Part shown: positions 23,769 through 37,762 of the stretch, piece by piece | How positions within the stretch are numbered: position 1 is the first letter of the stretch | Layout of the letters: the number at the start of each line of letters is the position of its first letter | Assembly (NCBI RefSeq): GCF_021869535.1 | Contig: NW_026262690.1 | Location: 2,542,001-2,606,000 of the forward strand | Direction: 5' to 3' | Source: Mytilus californianus | Lineage: Eukaryota | DNA: 64,000 nt | Position numbers and translations under genes: made by a program | Notes under the pieces: generated by a model | What the model was told of the DNA's origin: nothing | Seen by the model: the letters and a program-made list of their open reading frames with translations, nothing else | Database searches by the model: none

Positions 23769-26700
23769 CTACGGTTTAACTGTTGGTATTACTTCCTCAT
23801 ATTCCTCTCCTGATTCATTTTTTTCACCTTCAAGTTTTAAATATAAGTGTGTTTGACCTGGATGTTCTACTGGCTTTTCGTAGCCTAGAACTTCTAGCTC
23901 TTGGACATTCTGATAAACGCTAGCTTCTGTATTTCCACTTTTATCAGTGCTGTTTATTACACGTTGTTTTATATTAACATCTTCATATTCCTTCTGTCCT
24001 TCATTACTGTATAAACTGCCTGTATGTTTATCTGTTTGGTCGTCAGCCATCGCCACATACTCCATTTGAGGTCCGACGTCATGAATATTGCTCTCGCCTT
24101 CCATTGGAATGTACTCTGCGTCATATGTATTATCTGATCTCACTCTATCCGTCTCGTTTTGATAAATAGTACTTGTATCTAATGGTTTCTCTTCATCAAT
24201 ATTACAACTGCTTTGCTTAGTTTGTTCATAATGGTTGGGCTTTGATTTCTGTCCAGTTTTGAAAACATCTTTGCTGGTGCCCTTTATCTCTTCACTTGTA
24301 AGAGCTTCATGAGATGGAATGGGGTCAAATTTTCGTTTATGAAATCTGCAATTTAATTGTACAACATGATAACAAATATAAGAATGATTATACCAAAACT
24401 ATATCTTCGTGAAAGATAGAATAAGAATAAGAATGTTTATTGTTCCAATGAAGGGCCCTTGATAGGAAGCATGGAATTTACACACACACAACAATACACC
24501 TTTATTTTGTAAAACTTAAGATATGCCTTTGGTAATATACATGTAGGTAATTTCACACGGATCTGGTACCCTAATACTAAATATTCAAAAAGAAATGAAT
24601 TTGCTTTATTGTAATAATTACACTTCTCAGTAAAAGTCTCTTTTTTTCACTGATCAAGCCGTTGATTTTTTTCTCGTTTGAATTGCTTCACATATTTTCA
24701 TGTCGGGGCCCGTTTAACTGACTACACGATATGGGTTTTGTTCATTGTTTAATGCCATACGGTGACCTATAGCTGCTTGTGCACGTCATTTGGTCTCTAG
24801 TGGAGAGTTGTCTCATTTGCAATCATACCACACCTCCTTATTTTTATATTTATTTAGTTTTTTTCCATATTGTTAAATGGCCATTTTGAACTGTGGTATT
24901 ACTTCGGTCCCTTCTTGCATTGTTTGCAGACTCTTTCGCTACGCCTGTATCATCTGAAGTGACGGTAAGAGTTCCAATCACGAAATTTAATTATTAGGTT
25001 AGGAATTTCGTTATCAGAAATTTCTAAAAACCTTTACTAAATAGTTTCTAAGATACAAAGATTTAGTTTGGACGTTTGCTTGTACATGGACCTACAGATT
25101 TTACGAAGATGTTATAATTCTATTTTGACAATACAAATGTCATTTTAAAAATAAGGAGATGTGGTATGACTGTCAATAAATCGACTATCGAACAATAGAC
25201 CTAAGTACATAAGTGAAAATAGCTATATGACACCGTTCGGCTTTAAAAAACAAAGACTTACTGTAGAGTAAATAAAAAAAAATGATAACAAAATATGAAA
25301 CGAAACAGAAAAAAAAACTATTGTCGTAATTTAAACTAAAATCAAACGTAAATAGATATAAGCAGATGTGGTATGAGTGCCAATGAGACAACTCTCCATC
25401 CAAGTCAAAATTTATAAAAGTAAACCATTATATGTCAAAGTACGGTCTTTAACACGGAGCATTGGCTCACACCGAACAGCAAGCTTTAAAGGGCCCTAAA
25501 AATTACTAGTGTAAAACCATTCAAACGAGAAACCCAACGGTCTAATCTATATAAAAAACGAGAAACGAGAAACACTTATGAACCACATCAACAAACGATA
25601 ACTACTGAACATCAGATTCCTGACTTAGGACAGGTGCAAACAATTGCAGCGGGTTTAAACGGTACCAAACCTTCACCCTTATCTGAAACAATAGTGTAAC
25701 ATCACAACATAGAAGGACACACTATAAAATATCAATTGAAATGGCTTAACTCAATCAAAAGACATATTAACACCAGTAAACATACACTGAACAAATAAAT
25801 TTGATCTATGATACAATGTAAATACAAAATAAATAAACTAAGGGAAGAATAATTAAAGTAACATGTTATACCGCTGTGAAATGTTAAACAATTTAAGAAA
25901 AACTATATGCTTGAACAAAAATATCAGCCATTTGCAATTACTTCAAACACAGGTAAATGAAAATAGTTTTGTTGTTAGGTATACGTGTACAGTTCAAATG
26001 GAGAAAGGAAATATTTCTACAAAATGAATAATTTTGATGTTCATAGTACGAAGAAGTGAAAATTTATAGTAATACTCAACACTTATCAAAGCTGGTATAT
26101 AGACCAGATATAACTCTGAATAACATTAAATAACAATAAAGCATTACAATTAGTATCAAAAGGTCAAATAAACAAGAAAGTACGATTTGAGAGTACTCGC
26201 AGTTACTGACAGCTAGTTAAAAGCCAAAAATAATTAATAATAAAAAATCATGCATCAGAGACTAAAATCAACTAAAACACATCCCAGGGATTTAGTATTT
26301 TAGCGTCATGGACAGTAAATGAAGACATGACTTGTGCAATGCCAAAAATAAATGTATCGACAGGCAGTAGGATAGTTAGGAGTTAAATTCTTTATAGATC
26401 AAAATGAACGTGAGTGTGTCTTTATACATCCCGTTTGAAAAGAATACAAATTTAGTTATGTTTTAATTTGCTGATGACAAAATCGATATAAGTGCCAATG
26501 TAAACTATATTCAAAGATCTAATCACAACGTTGGTAAGATAACCTTTACTAATAAGTTTGTTTAAAGGTTCGATGAGTTTACACGGATCACATAGGGATT
26601 TCCGCGCTTTAAGTACAATATTACCGTAAAATTAAACGTAACTCCTTATTTCTACTTATTTTTATGTAAAAGCTTGATTTCTTCTTATGAATCATATTTC

Positions 26701-29700
26701 ATTAAATTTTCCCAATTGTTTTTGCAGGCGGGCTGAATAAATAGATCCCAACACTACTCTAACCCCTTACATGTGTATACCTTTTACAGATGATTATTGC
26801 CACGGTTATTATAATAACCATGACAACCAAGACACTTCCTGCCACTGCTGCTACTAATGTGACTGAAAATGTAATAACAGTAAGATATAATCAACCTTCT
26901 TTCTACAAATGAATGTTATTTCATCGACATAGAACAAATCAAAATATTTATTGCATATGAATCACGTTTAAGATTTTATTGAAGACTACAAAAATATAAA
27001 ATTGAAACAACTTCTCTTTGTGAAAACAAGCACTCCAAAATTTAATAGGGAAAATGAAAAGTTACACTTTAACCTTTCGGTAAGGAAATATTTATTCTAT
27101 ATTTTATTTTTATTGTTTATTGTTCTTGGTTTTTGTGTATAAGCCAATTTCTGAAAGTGACTAGCTGTCCAGCCTAAATTAGAGGTTAACACACATCATA
27201 ACTATACGACTAATCACAAAAAAAAACAGAGTGAAAATGTAAATGGCATTAATTGTAGTTTCTCTAACATTTTCCTGGTTAAATATATGATTATAAAAAT
27301 AAGAACATGTGGTATGATTGCCAACGAGACAACTATCCACTAGAGACCAAATGACATAGAAGTTAACAACTATAGGTGACCGTTGCTCGTTTTACCTCCC
27401 TAAATGTATTACAATAGATATAAGAAGATGTGGTATGAGTGCCATGAGACAACTCTCCATCCAAGTCAAAATTTATAAAAGTAAATCATTATAGGTCAAA
27501 GTACGGTCTTCAACACGGAGCCTTGGCTCACACCGAACAGCAAGCTATAAAGGGCCCCAAAAATTACTAGTGTAAAACCATTCAAACGAGAAAACCAACG
27601 GTCTAATCTATATAAAAAACGAGAAACGAGAAACACTCATGAACCACATCAACAAACGACAACTACTGAACATCAGATTCCTGACTTAGGACAGGTGCAA
27701 ACAAATGCAGCGGGTTTAAACGTTTTAATGGTACCAAACCTTCACCCTTTTTCTGAAACAATAGTGTAACATCACACAACATAGAAAGACACACTGTGTA
27801 TAATTTGGAGTTTAGTATGACGTTCATTATCACTGAACTAGTATACATATTTGTTTAGGGGCCAGCTGAAGGACGCCGTCGGGTGCGGGAGTTTCTCGCT
27901 GCATTGAAGACCCATTGGTGGCCTTCGGCTGTTGTCTGCTCTATGGTCGGGTTGTTGTCTCTTTGACACATTCCCCATTTCCATTCTCAATTTTACACTA
28001 TAAAATATCAACTGAAATAGCTTAACTCAATCAAAGGACATATTAACACCAGTGAACATACACTGAACAAATAAATTTGACCTATGATACAATGTAAATA
28101 CAAAATAAATAAACTAAGGGAAGAATAATAAAAGTAACATGTTATACCGCTATGAAATGTTAAACAATTTAAGAAAAACAATATGCTCGAACAAAAATAT
28201 CAGCCATTTGCAATTACTTTAAACACAGGTAAATGAAAATAATTGTGTTGTTAGGTATACGTGTACAGTTCAAATAGAGAAAGGAAATATTTTTAAAAGA
28301 CTGCCTAGTCTAACATTAATAAAACACGAAAATTGGGTCCTCCTGCCTCAACTACACGGTCTTTATATAGCATCTCTAAATAAATATAATCCTTTTCGAA
28401 AATTATATCTACTATTGTATATTTTTTAATTGTATTTATTTAAAAAAAAAAAGTAAAAGAAAATACCGAACTCCAAGGTAAATTAAGAAAAAGGAAAGTC
28501 CATAAAATCTGACAAAATCAAATGTTGGATTATATCAACCAACGGAACGAATGGAAAACAACTATCTTTTTCCTAAATTGAAAAGGCATTTTCCGAAGAA
28601 ACGCCCTTAAGGAGTATCTAATACTTCTTTTTTCTTTATTGTTTTACATAGTTTGGTCTTGTGTCTTGTGCCGTTACACTACTGTCCCAGGTTAGTGGAA
28701 GGGTTGGTGCCTTCAAACATGCTTAACCCCGCCACATTCTTTATGTGCCTGTCCCAAGTCAGGAGCCTGTAGTTCATATAATTACTTACATCCACTTCAT
28801 TTGAACTTTGGTGGATAGTTGTCTCATTGGCAATCATACCACATCTCCTTATTTTTATAGAGTAGGAGATTCCTGTCATGTTTACATACAACCATGAAAT
28901 TAGTTTGGACACATTTCGGTATGTTGTCATTGTCCATTTTTTGTGAAAAAAAAATTGTTGAGTTTGTCAGGCAAAATTGATTTTGCAAGTATAATATGTA
29001 ATACAACTTCCTTAACATGTTCAACTTTCATACTTCAGTTGATTATTTAATCCATAAAGTTTTACTTACTGTTTACAGCGTATGTAGCATTGCTGTCTGT
29101 AAAGAATAGTAAAAGAATAGAATTATATACACCCAAAGAATATTTAAAATTTTTTTTTTGCGAAATTAATAACAATACGAAAGCTGCTTATTTTGTCGAT
29201 GTTTATACGCTTATCCCTAAAAGTAATCCACTAATTAAGTTGTATATCTTAGATAAAATTGAGAATGGAAATGGGGAATGTGTCAAAGAGACAACAACCC
29301 GACCATAGAACAGACAACAGCAGAAGGTCACCAACAGGTCTTCAATGTAGCGAGAAATTCCCGCACCCGGAGGCGTCCTTCAGAGCATGCATTCCTTATT
29401 ACATGTAACTATCACTAACTTAACTTCAAAGGGTAATATAAATTCTGTTTCTTTTTTGTTTTTGTTCGATTTATTAACAACTTTTATAGAGCTTGACATT
29501 TTGTGTGGACACCTGTGTAATGGTGGACTGCATGTTACCATAAAGAGTTCGTTTGGAATTATTGTTGTTGGGTTACTGTCTCATTAACGTTATACCAAAC
29601 TTTTTTTCAATTCCACCTGCATCTGAAATCATTTTACTTTTGGTCTTTGAGGATTTGCCTTTTCAGAATATATTATGTATTATCTGGGTGATATTTTTAA

Positions 29701-32700
29701 GTGTCAAAAATCAAACTTCCAATGAAGGTGATAGATTGATCTCTCGCTTGTGTGAAACTCATTTCCTTTCATACATTGAAAACTTAAGTATGTTCTAACA
29801 CTCATATCTTAATTAACTTTAGAAATAATTAAGGTTGATATGAAGGTTGAATATTGTGTTGCATAATTGCTGAAGTAATTGTCCATGATTCTATATAACA
29901 AGTACACATACCGTCTGGAACTATACTATACATTGACACAAATGTTGTATTTTGACCCCCGCATGTTTCATTTCCGTTTCCTGGACAAGGAGAATTACAG
30001 AGTGTCCCGTTGATTTCGGTTTGTGGCGGTTGTTTACTGCAGCTGCAAGTAGCAACAGGATGTGAGTCCATAACCCCTCCGTCTATCTGACCCTTTGACA
30101 CAATAAATTTAAACAAATATAAGTGTCCTCTTTTTTTTTGTCATATTTTTATTAAGTTGAGTTAACAGTAAATAAAATGATAGAATGACCTGAAATTACT
30201 CCCTTTACATATCACATTTGGAGAGATAGATAATACTGTGTTACTTTCCTGTTGCCATTCTGATTTGATGCATTTCATGTGAAAAGAGCAGAAAGTAACA
30301 ACTAAATGTACTATACTCAAATGTCGTAGTATCATATTGACCGACTGAGGTGCGTATGGTGACCAGTAATTTTTCACATCTATGTCCTTTTCTCTTTGAT
30401 AAAAAGTTGTCTCTTTGGCAATAATACCACATCTCCTGATTTTTAAACTAACAATTATTACTGCGAACAATTTATACATGACTTGATCAGACATTTTCAT
30501 TATGAAAAGAAAAAAAAAGAAAAAAATTATAACAGAGATGATGAGTCGGATTTTTAGCGTGAAAGCTCACAATGTAAGTGTCAAGTGTAAATATCATACT
30601 CAAACACATTATTCCGAGACGACTCATCCTTGCTTTGATTTCGAATGCGGCTTGCGCTTGGCAAAAACAACGAATAAAAGTAAAAAAGTCAGAAGTATGT
30701 TCCAGCCAGATATCGAACCCACGACCCCTATCCCGCATTCGAGGCAAACACGCTTCCCAGGAATAGATTACCTTAGATGTATTTTGCAAAACTTTTCGGA
30801 ATTTATTATAAGGTCCTCAATGCTCTTCAACTTCATACTGTATTTGGTCTTTTTAACTTGTTTTATTCGAGCGTCACTCATGAGTCTTTTGTAGACAAAA
30901 CGCGCATCTGGCATACCAAATTATGATAATATAAAAAAAGAAGTGGTGGTATCGTTGTCCATGAGACAACTCTCCACCTGAGACCAAATGAAGTAGAAGG
31001 TTAATAACTATAGGTCACCGTGCGGCCTTCAACAATGACTCAATGAGCAAAACCTATACCGCATAGAAAGCTATAAAAGGCTCCGAAGTGACATATGTAA
31101 AACAATTTAAACGAGAAAACTAACGGACTGGTGTATGAACAAAACAATAAACGAAAAAAACAAACATGAAATACAGTAACAAACAACAATTTATAACTGA
31201 GTTACAAGCTCCGGACTTGGGACAGGCACATGCAGAATGCGGCGGGATGAAAAGTGTTTGCAGGCGCACTAACCCTTCCCCTAATCTGGAACAGTTGTGT
31301 AAGATTACAACATAAGAACAACCTATAAAAACCAGTTAAAAAGGGCTTAACTCATCAGATCAATACAAAGCACAAAAGCAACTAATAAAATCACAAGACA
31401 CAAATTAAAGATCTGAGAAGTTACAGAAAGCTACTTCAAAGCCACTTACAACTAATAAAAAATATCATGTATCTAAGACTAAAATATCAATCAGTTCACA
31501 TCCAACTCCTAATGGATTTAATGTAAAGACATAATTAGCAGTCTAAGAAAAACATGATCTTTTGAATCTCTTAAGCCTAGTATCTTTGATGTGTTTATTT
31601 CCACGAGACCCCATGCTGATGCTTTTGATATTATACAGACAATATAGTATGTTAATGAAGATCGTAAGTTGACCTCCAAATTTCGTTTTATTTTTGTGTC
31701 GTTTTTTGCTGTCTCTTTTGACGTATACCTACATTTCCATTTATAAATTTATACCTTGAACTATATGGATGTGGTGGGGATCTTCATAGACAATAGATAG
31801 AGAGAAGCAATGAAGCCGATTTAAATAGAATAACCTACCGAAGTTGCTATCCAGGTGTAGTGTCGCTCATCACAAAATTTAGAACACATTTCAATCGACA
31901 TATAGTTACTGCTGAAGGATTTGTCCGAATCGAAACCCGTATAGCATCCATGAAACAGGAACAGTAAACCTGGAGTAAAAAATTAAAAAAAAAATCATTT
32001 TTTAATTGTATAGTATTTTGAACAGATATATCATTTTCAGGAAGGGTTTTGAAAAAATACCGGTACTAGTAGAGAGGAAGCCAAATATTTGGATTTAGCC
32101 TTTAATCGAAGGAAATTTCTCTTCAAGACTGGTATTTTTGCCAGTACCCTCCTAAACATGATATATATCTGTTAATTACACCAATAGAGATGGTAAAGTG
32201 AAACATTTTATTTATGATTCCATCATTCTTTCGCTTCAAGTCGTTATTTATCAAAGACAACCACATTGATAAAACACACAAATGACCAAGCATCTCCGTG
32301 ACGGGTAAAAAAAGCATAAATGTATTGTCAAATACCCATACTTAGAGGGTAAAAAAGTCACATCTTTGTGCATATATCCCGGCGAAGGTGAAATATATAC
32401 AATATTCAACGTATAGAAAGACCCAAAGTCTCTAATAGGTATAATTCTAAGCAAGTTATCCTACCAATCAGTTTATTTGGAATAATTGTGACGTTGATAC
32501 AAAGTGTGAACTTGAAAGCGACATATCCTTATACTCTTATCGGAGGCAAATTTTGTCAAAGTTTGAAAAAAAAGAATAATAATCAGAAAAAATACAGTTA
32601 GGTTTTTACGTTTTGGAAAAGGAAAGACCTTAATTTAAAAACAACTACATTGTCAATATACTTGTAAAGGTTTTTCAATATATACAGTATCTTATAAAAT

Positions 32701-34077
32701 TGTAGGTTATGTTTCGATTGTCAATTTGCTTATAAAACACTACCTAAATGTATATTTCATTGTTAAACAAGAAAACACGAAGCAACCGAAACGGTAACAG
32801 AATCCGCCTCTTTCCTATTATCGCCTAGAATGCGAGGAAAAGTTACTTCTTCCTCTCAACCTAGATTAGCGGTTGACGGCCGACTCCCACCCGTACCGTG
32901 ACACCTCTCTACATTAATTTACTTAGTAGTACATGGCTGGAAAGTTGGATATACTACTTGCCTCCGGTACATTGTACATGAATGTAACATATATTCTTTA
33001 AATTATACTCGTCCTACCGAATATATATACATTGTGAATATACACTTTTCACACACTCGCCCACTTTTAAAAAATATATATAACCACTTAAAGAAACTGC
33101 AAACTCCTCCCGCCTACGATATGATATGATATATAGTATATTGTTTTATACTAGTACTTTTCCATTACTCTCCTACTAATTATAAACCCACTTATAAAAT
33201 TTGCCGGCCGATGTTGCCGGGATTAAAAAATGATTACTGCACTTATATTGAGGAATATTGTCCCTCGTAGTATATATCATATTGCACCTGCAGGCTCGTG
33301 CAATGTGATATATTGCTCGTAGTTGCATAGGAGTAGACTGAAAAGGGGGTAAAACTTCTGAAAAAGAACAAGCAAACAAAAATCTATAGGCTACAAGTTA
33401 GCAGTGCTCTCTGTCATTTTCATTTTTTGCTTTCAGTATTTGTTTTCCAGGAAAGTAACCGGGGCAACTGCCTCCCTTCCCCCGCCAGCTCCTATCCACC
33501 TGGCTCGGGACAATATTCCTCAACATCATAACCCTAAAGTTTCTACACATTTGTACTTTTTTTCTGGATATTTGATTTGATTAACATAGGGAAGTTTGAA
33601 AAAAAGGTAGCATATATCATTTTTCCGATATAACATACAGTTCGTTATGCTCTAGTTAAATGCAAAATTTCATTCAAATTTGTGTAATAGGTCATTAACG
33701 TACCTATAGAAATAAACAGTCTATATATTTGTTTTCATAAATTATAATATTCTTTATTTTATAAAAGATTGTTTGTAAACATAAATCAAATCAGATTCAT
33801 ATGATTGTATAAAGTTTCCGTTGGTGTAAGTATTGTATTATCACCATATATTTTTTACAACAATGGTAGTAACTTTCTTTTTGAGTTGACATTTTTCCTA
33901 TCATCAAAACCAAAAGCCCGACATAAAGGCAATTATACAACGTAGTCTGGGTTTTAACATTTGAGAGACTGTAGAAAAGCATATAGGGGAATTCTTTTTC
34001 TGTTTGCTCAATAATTTAAACAACTCTAAAAGAAAAAGCAGTGACCCCGCCTGCAGGAATCTCTTTGTAAAGGGGAC

Positions 34078-34117
<40 letters not shown>

Positions 34118-34922
34118 GCATTGCTAAACGCACAATGACAAATATTTCATGCATATTCAGGACGAGAAAAAATCTCATAGGTAATTTCTGCAAAGTTGGT
34201 TGACCGTGATGAAAAGTGGGGATTTGGACTGCCACTGGAAAATGAGGGTATGTTGGATATCGGAAGGAATGTGGTCTTGCAAAAGGCCACCTACGGAGAT
34301 CCCTCAAAGAGTTGTTGCAATGGTTCTTACATGTGCGCAGAGAGCGTGGCACTCGCCATACACGAAACATTGGATTAAACGTTTCCATATTCCGACCGGA
34401 CGTGGCTGTGTATTCATACATCCTGCACAGACAAACAGACGCCTTTCATTAGCACGATTTTTATGAGTAGATTGGAGGATTCCAGTAATGACCATATTTC
34501 TATACCTAAACCAACCTTTGTGGTTGTAAAGGGGTAGTACCAGATGATATCATTATTTTCGGCGACTACAGTCATAAGGGGTAACACCCAATTTACTTTA
34601 TATTTTTTTTCTTTTAAACTGAAAGTGACAATACCATGGAGTTTTATTGTGCGTTAAGCAAAGCAACAATCAATCAATCAATCAGTCCCCTTTACAAATG
34701 AGGTTCCTGCAGGCGGGGTAACTGCTTTTTCTTTTGGATTTGCTTAAATTATTGAGCAAACAATGAGAGAATTCCCCTATATGCTTTTATGAGGGGTTGT
34801 TGTTTTATATTTAATATTAAACGACATGAACTCTAAAGATTGACATCCCTATACTCACATTTTGACTGTCCGGTGTAAAAAATCAATAATATCAAAGCAA
34901 CAACATAAAAATTCCTTTCCAT
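23769..34922 (-). CDS. WSC-domain type-I transmembrane receptor A with tyrosine-motif-rich tail (~344 aa; ~353 aa if the micro-exon is used)
   Basis: Exons: 34859-34922 (MERNFYVVALILLIFYTGQSK, AT|gtgagt); 31839-31969 (FHGCY..MSIEMCSKFC); 29912-30092 (CSCS..LCNSPCPGNGNETCGG); optional 29596-29622; 26781-26862 (TM LVAAVAGSVLVVMVIIITVAIII); 23769-24345 (tail, 11 Tyr). All junctions are GT-AG with compatible phases 1,0,1,2; total 1035 nt is divisible by 3. Confidence 0.85.
25353..26016 (+). mobile_element. Young dispersed repeat (class unresolved, MITE- or HINE-like), copy 1 of 4
   Basis: Near-identical copies at 27415-28292, 57924-58570 and 62403-62687 (gatgtggtatgagtgccaatgagacaactctccatccaagtc...). 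Confidence 0.85.
27415..28292 (+). mobile_element. Same young repeat, copy 2, carrying a nested ~200-bp insertion (~27797-27995) bounded by an ACACT duplication
   Basis: Comparison with uninterrupted copies (gacacactataaaat) shows ACACT on both sides of the insert. Confidence 0.8.
33248..33523. mobile_element. MITE-like element with perfect 17-bp TIR (TTGAGGAATATTGTCCC)
   Basis: 33248-33264 is the exact reverse complement of 33507-33523. Confidence 0.75.
33975..34788. repeat. Fold-back structure: ~150-bp inverted arms (33975-34136 and 34646-34788) containing (GATT)n, enclosing a SINE-like core
   Basis: The arms align as reverse complements (aaaagcatataggggaattc..ccccgcctgcaggaa..gtaaaggggactgattgatt). 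The core resembles copies at ~56780-57160 (+) and ~58870-59060 (-). Confidence 0.85.
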
Positions 34923-35589
34923 AGTTATCAAAATCTCTCTACGTGAGGCTTATTTCTAACCACTTTAACGTCGGTAAAACACACAAATATCGTATTCCTT
35001 TGGAGTGTTTTAAAAATAACCTGTTCACAAAATATTTGATATATTTATTATATAACGATCTGATCTATTGCGTGTGTAGTGTGTAAAAGGTAAGTTGGCA
35101 TGACGCTACCGAAATTGGTATGTTATGAGTTTGAATATCCCCTTGGTACCTCTCTTTTATCATGTTTATCTGGTCAACAGAAGGAAGTTTGGAGAATGCA
35201 AAAAAGAATTATTAATTCTTAAGATATTTTCTTTTATCTATTGTTAATGAAATTTAATTTGTACTTGTCAAAACTACTACGGACTCGCTTTATGTTATGT
35301 GTATCTGCATAAGTTCGGGTATTTATCGCAGATTTTTTTATAAAAGTCCATCGCACCATAAAATCTGTTTCTTAATTCCAGTGTAAATAGAAAATGTGCA
35401 CTTTTTGTCCTGTTTTGACGTCAAATATATTGTGAAAATTTGACCTTTCTGATATGAAAAGTATCTCTCTAATAGATAATACAGAACGGTATGTCCACGG
35501 TGAATGTTTGTCGTTTGACCAAAAGGACAATGACACTACGTACAAAGGTACGTTGACATTAGACTATGTCATTTTTTTTTTTTTTATGT

Positions 35590-35780
35590 TAGATATGTCA
35601 ATACTCCTCATATTGTTGCTCCGATTCATTTGTAGTTTACGAAATAGCAGCAGTATCCTCAACTTTGCAATTGAAATGTACATATAGATGATCTGAATTT
35701 TCAATTCCCACATGAATCTCATACGCAAGCTCGTCTGACTCACTGTTGAACAAGACTTCTATAACATTCAGACTTCGACC
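35590..35780 (-). pseudogene. Decayed fragment of a third receptor tail exon
   Basis: Translates EVLFNSESDELAYEIHVGIENSDHLYVHF..IS*TTNESEQQYEEY*, matching the YExP-x7-HLY..EEYE cassette of receptors A and B. Contains an in-frame stop and is truncated by a repeat at 35780. Confidence 0.75.
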
Positions 35781-36366
35781 TTTTATAGCTGACTATGCGG
35801 TATGGGTTTTTTTGCTTATTGTTGAAGGCCGTACGGTGACCTATAGTTGCTAACTTCTATGTCATTTGTTCACTTGTGGAGAGTTATCTAATTGGCAATC
35901 ATACCCCATCTTCTTATTTTTACCGTGAGGGCATTCCGGTATTATGCTGCCGCAGAACTTTCTACCCACGTGACTTGCGTTTTTGACTGATAACCGAACG
36001 TATTGCGTATGATTACGCGGATATTATCGAGTGTAAAATAACATTCCTTATCGCTTGTTATATATTAATTTCATCAATAAATATTCATGAAAATAATTTT
36101 TAAGAACATAGATAAATGATATGAAAATGTTTTATCGTGAGAAATATATAAACGCATGCGGAAGAATATCTCAAGAACGTTTTGTAACAAACGTGGGAAA
36201 ATATGAATGCCTACTCAAATCCAATTTATTAGAAAAACGAATTATTACAGAAGAGTGTCCACCATGCACTTGCACTGCACTATCATTAGAATAGTAGAAT
36301 AGAATGATATACAAATGGATGAAAATTATATATAACTGTTATACAAATATTAATATAATAAATAAC

Positions 36367-37762
36367 AACAAGAGGCTCTCAAGAGCCTGAATCGCTCACC
36401 TGTTATTTTTTTGCTTAAATCTTTCATCAATGATTCTTTTTGTAGATCTTACTTTGCTGAACATTTTTGATGTTTACAGTTTATCTTTATCTTCAATAAT
36501 ATTCAAGATAATAACCAAAAACTGCAAAATTTCCTAAAATAACCAATTTAGTGGCAGAAACCCAACAATGGGTTGTTCGGTTTGTCTAAAAATTTCAGGG
36601 CTGATAGATCTTGACCTTTTAAACATTTTTATCCCATATTAGATTTGCTCTAAATGCTTTATTTTCTGAGATATAAGCCAAAAACTGCATTTGTCCCCTA
36701 TGTTCTATGTGTAGCCATGTCGGCCATGTTTGTTTATGGATCAAAAATTCGGATACAATTCATAAACTAGATTCCTAAAGGAACATTCATTTAAAGTTAA
36801 GAACAAATTGTGCAAAATTGTCTTTAAAGGGCAATAACTCCTTAAGCGGTCAATTGACAATTTTGGTCATATATACTAGTACTTTTTTGTAGATCTTACT
36901 TTGCCGAACATTATTGCTGTTTACAGTTTATATCTATCTATAATAATATTCAAGATAATAACAAAAAACTGCAGATTTGCTCTAAAAGCTTTAGTTTTTT
37001 AGATATAAGCCAAAAACTGCATTTGTCCTCTATGTTCTATTTTTAGCCATGGCGGCCATGTTTGTCAATGGATCAAAACTTCGGATACAATTTATAAACT
37101 AGATACCCTAAGGAACATTTAGTTAAAGATTGAAGATACTTGACCCAGTAGTTTCAGAGGAGAAGATTTTTAAATGTTAGCAAACTTGATGAACAAATTG
37201 TGTAAAATTGTCTTTAAAGGACAATATCTCCTTAAGGTGTCAATTGACAATTTTGGTCATATATACTTTTTGTAGATCTTACTTTGTTGAACATTATTGC
37301 TGTTTACAGTTTATATCTATCTATAATAATATTCAAGATAATAACAAAAAACTGCAAAATTTCCTTAAAACTACCAATTTAGTGGCAGCAACCCAACAAT
37401 GGGTTGTTCAATTCGTCTGAAAATTTCAGGGCTGATAGATCTTGACCAATTGAACAATTTTAACCCATGTCAGATTTGCTCTAAAAGCTTTAGTTTTTTA
37501 GATATAAGCCAAAAACTGCATTTGACCCTTATGTTCTATTTTTAGCCTTGGCGGCCATGTTTGTCGATCGATCAAAACTTCGGATTCAATTTATAAACTA
37601 GATACCATAAGGAACATTTATTTAAAGTTTGAAGGTATTTGGCCCAGTAGTTTCAGAGGAGAAGATTTTTTAAATAGTTTACGACGACAGACGACAGACG
37701 ATTGACGCCAAGTGATGGCATAAGCTGACATGGGGCCCTTTGGGCCCCGATGAGCTCAAAAA
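36367..37762 (+). mobile_element. Helentron-associated non-autonomous (HINE-like) element with internal tandem subrepeats
   Basis: 5' acaagaggctctcaagagcct palindrome, three internal ~400-450-bp subrepeats, (GAC/GACA)n tract and a 3' ggggccctttgggcccc hairpin before gagctcaaaa. Elements of similar design at ~1318-1438, ~55014-56190 and ~62760-63150. Confidence 0.7.

Noticed and set aside
34026-34495. Several overlapping ORFs in a GC-richer patch
   Set aside because: They fall in a dispersed SINE-like repeat whose other copies do not keep the frames.
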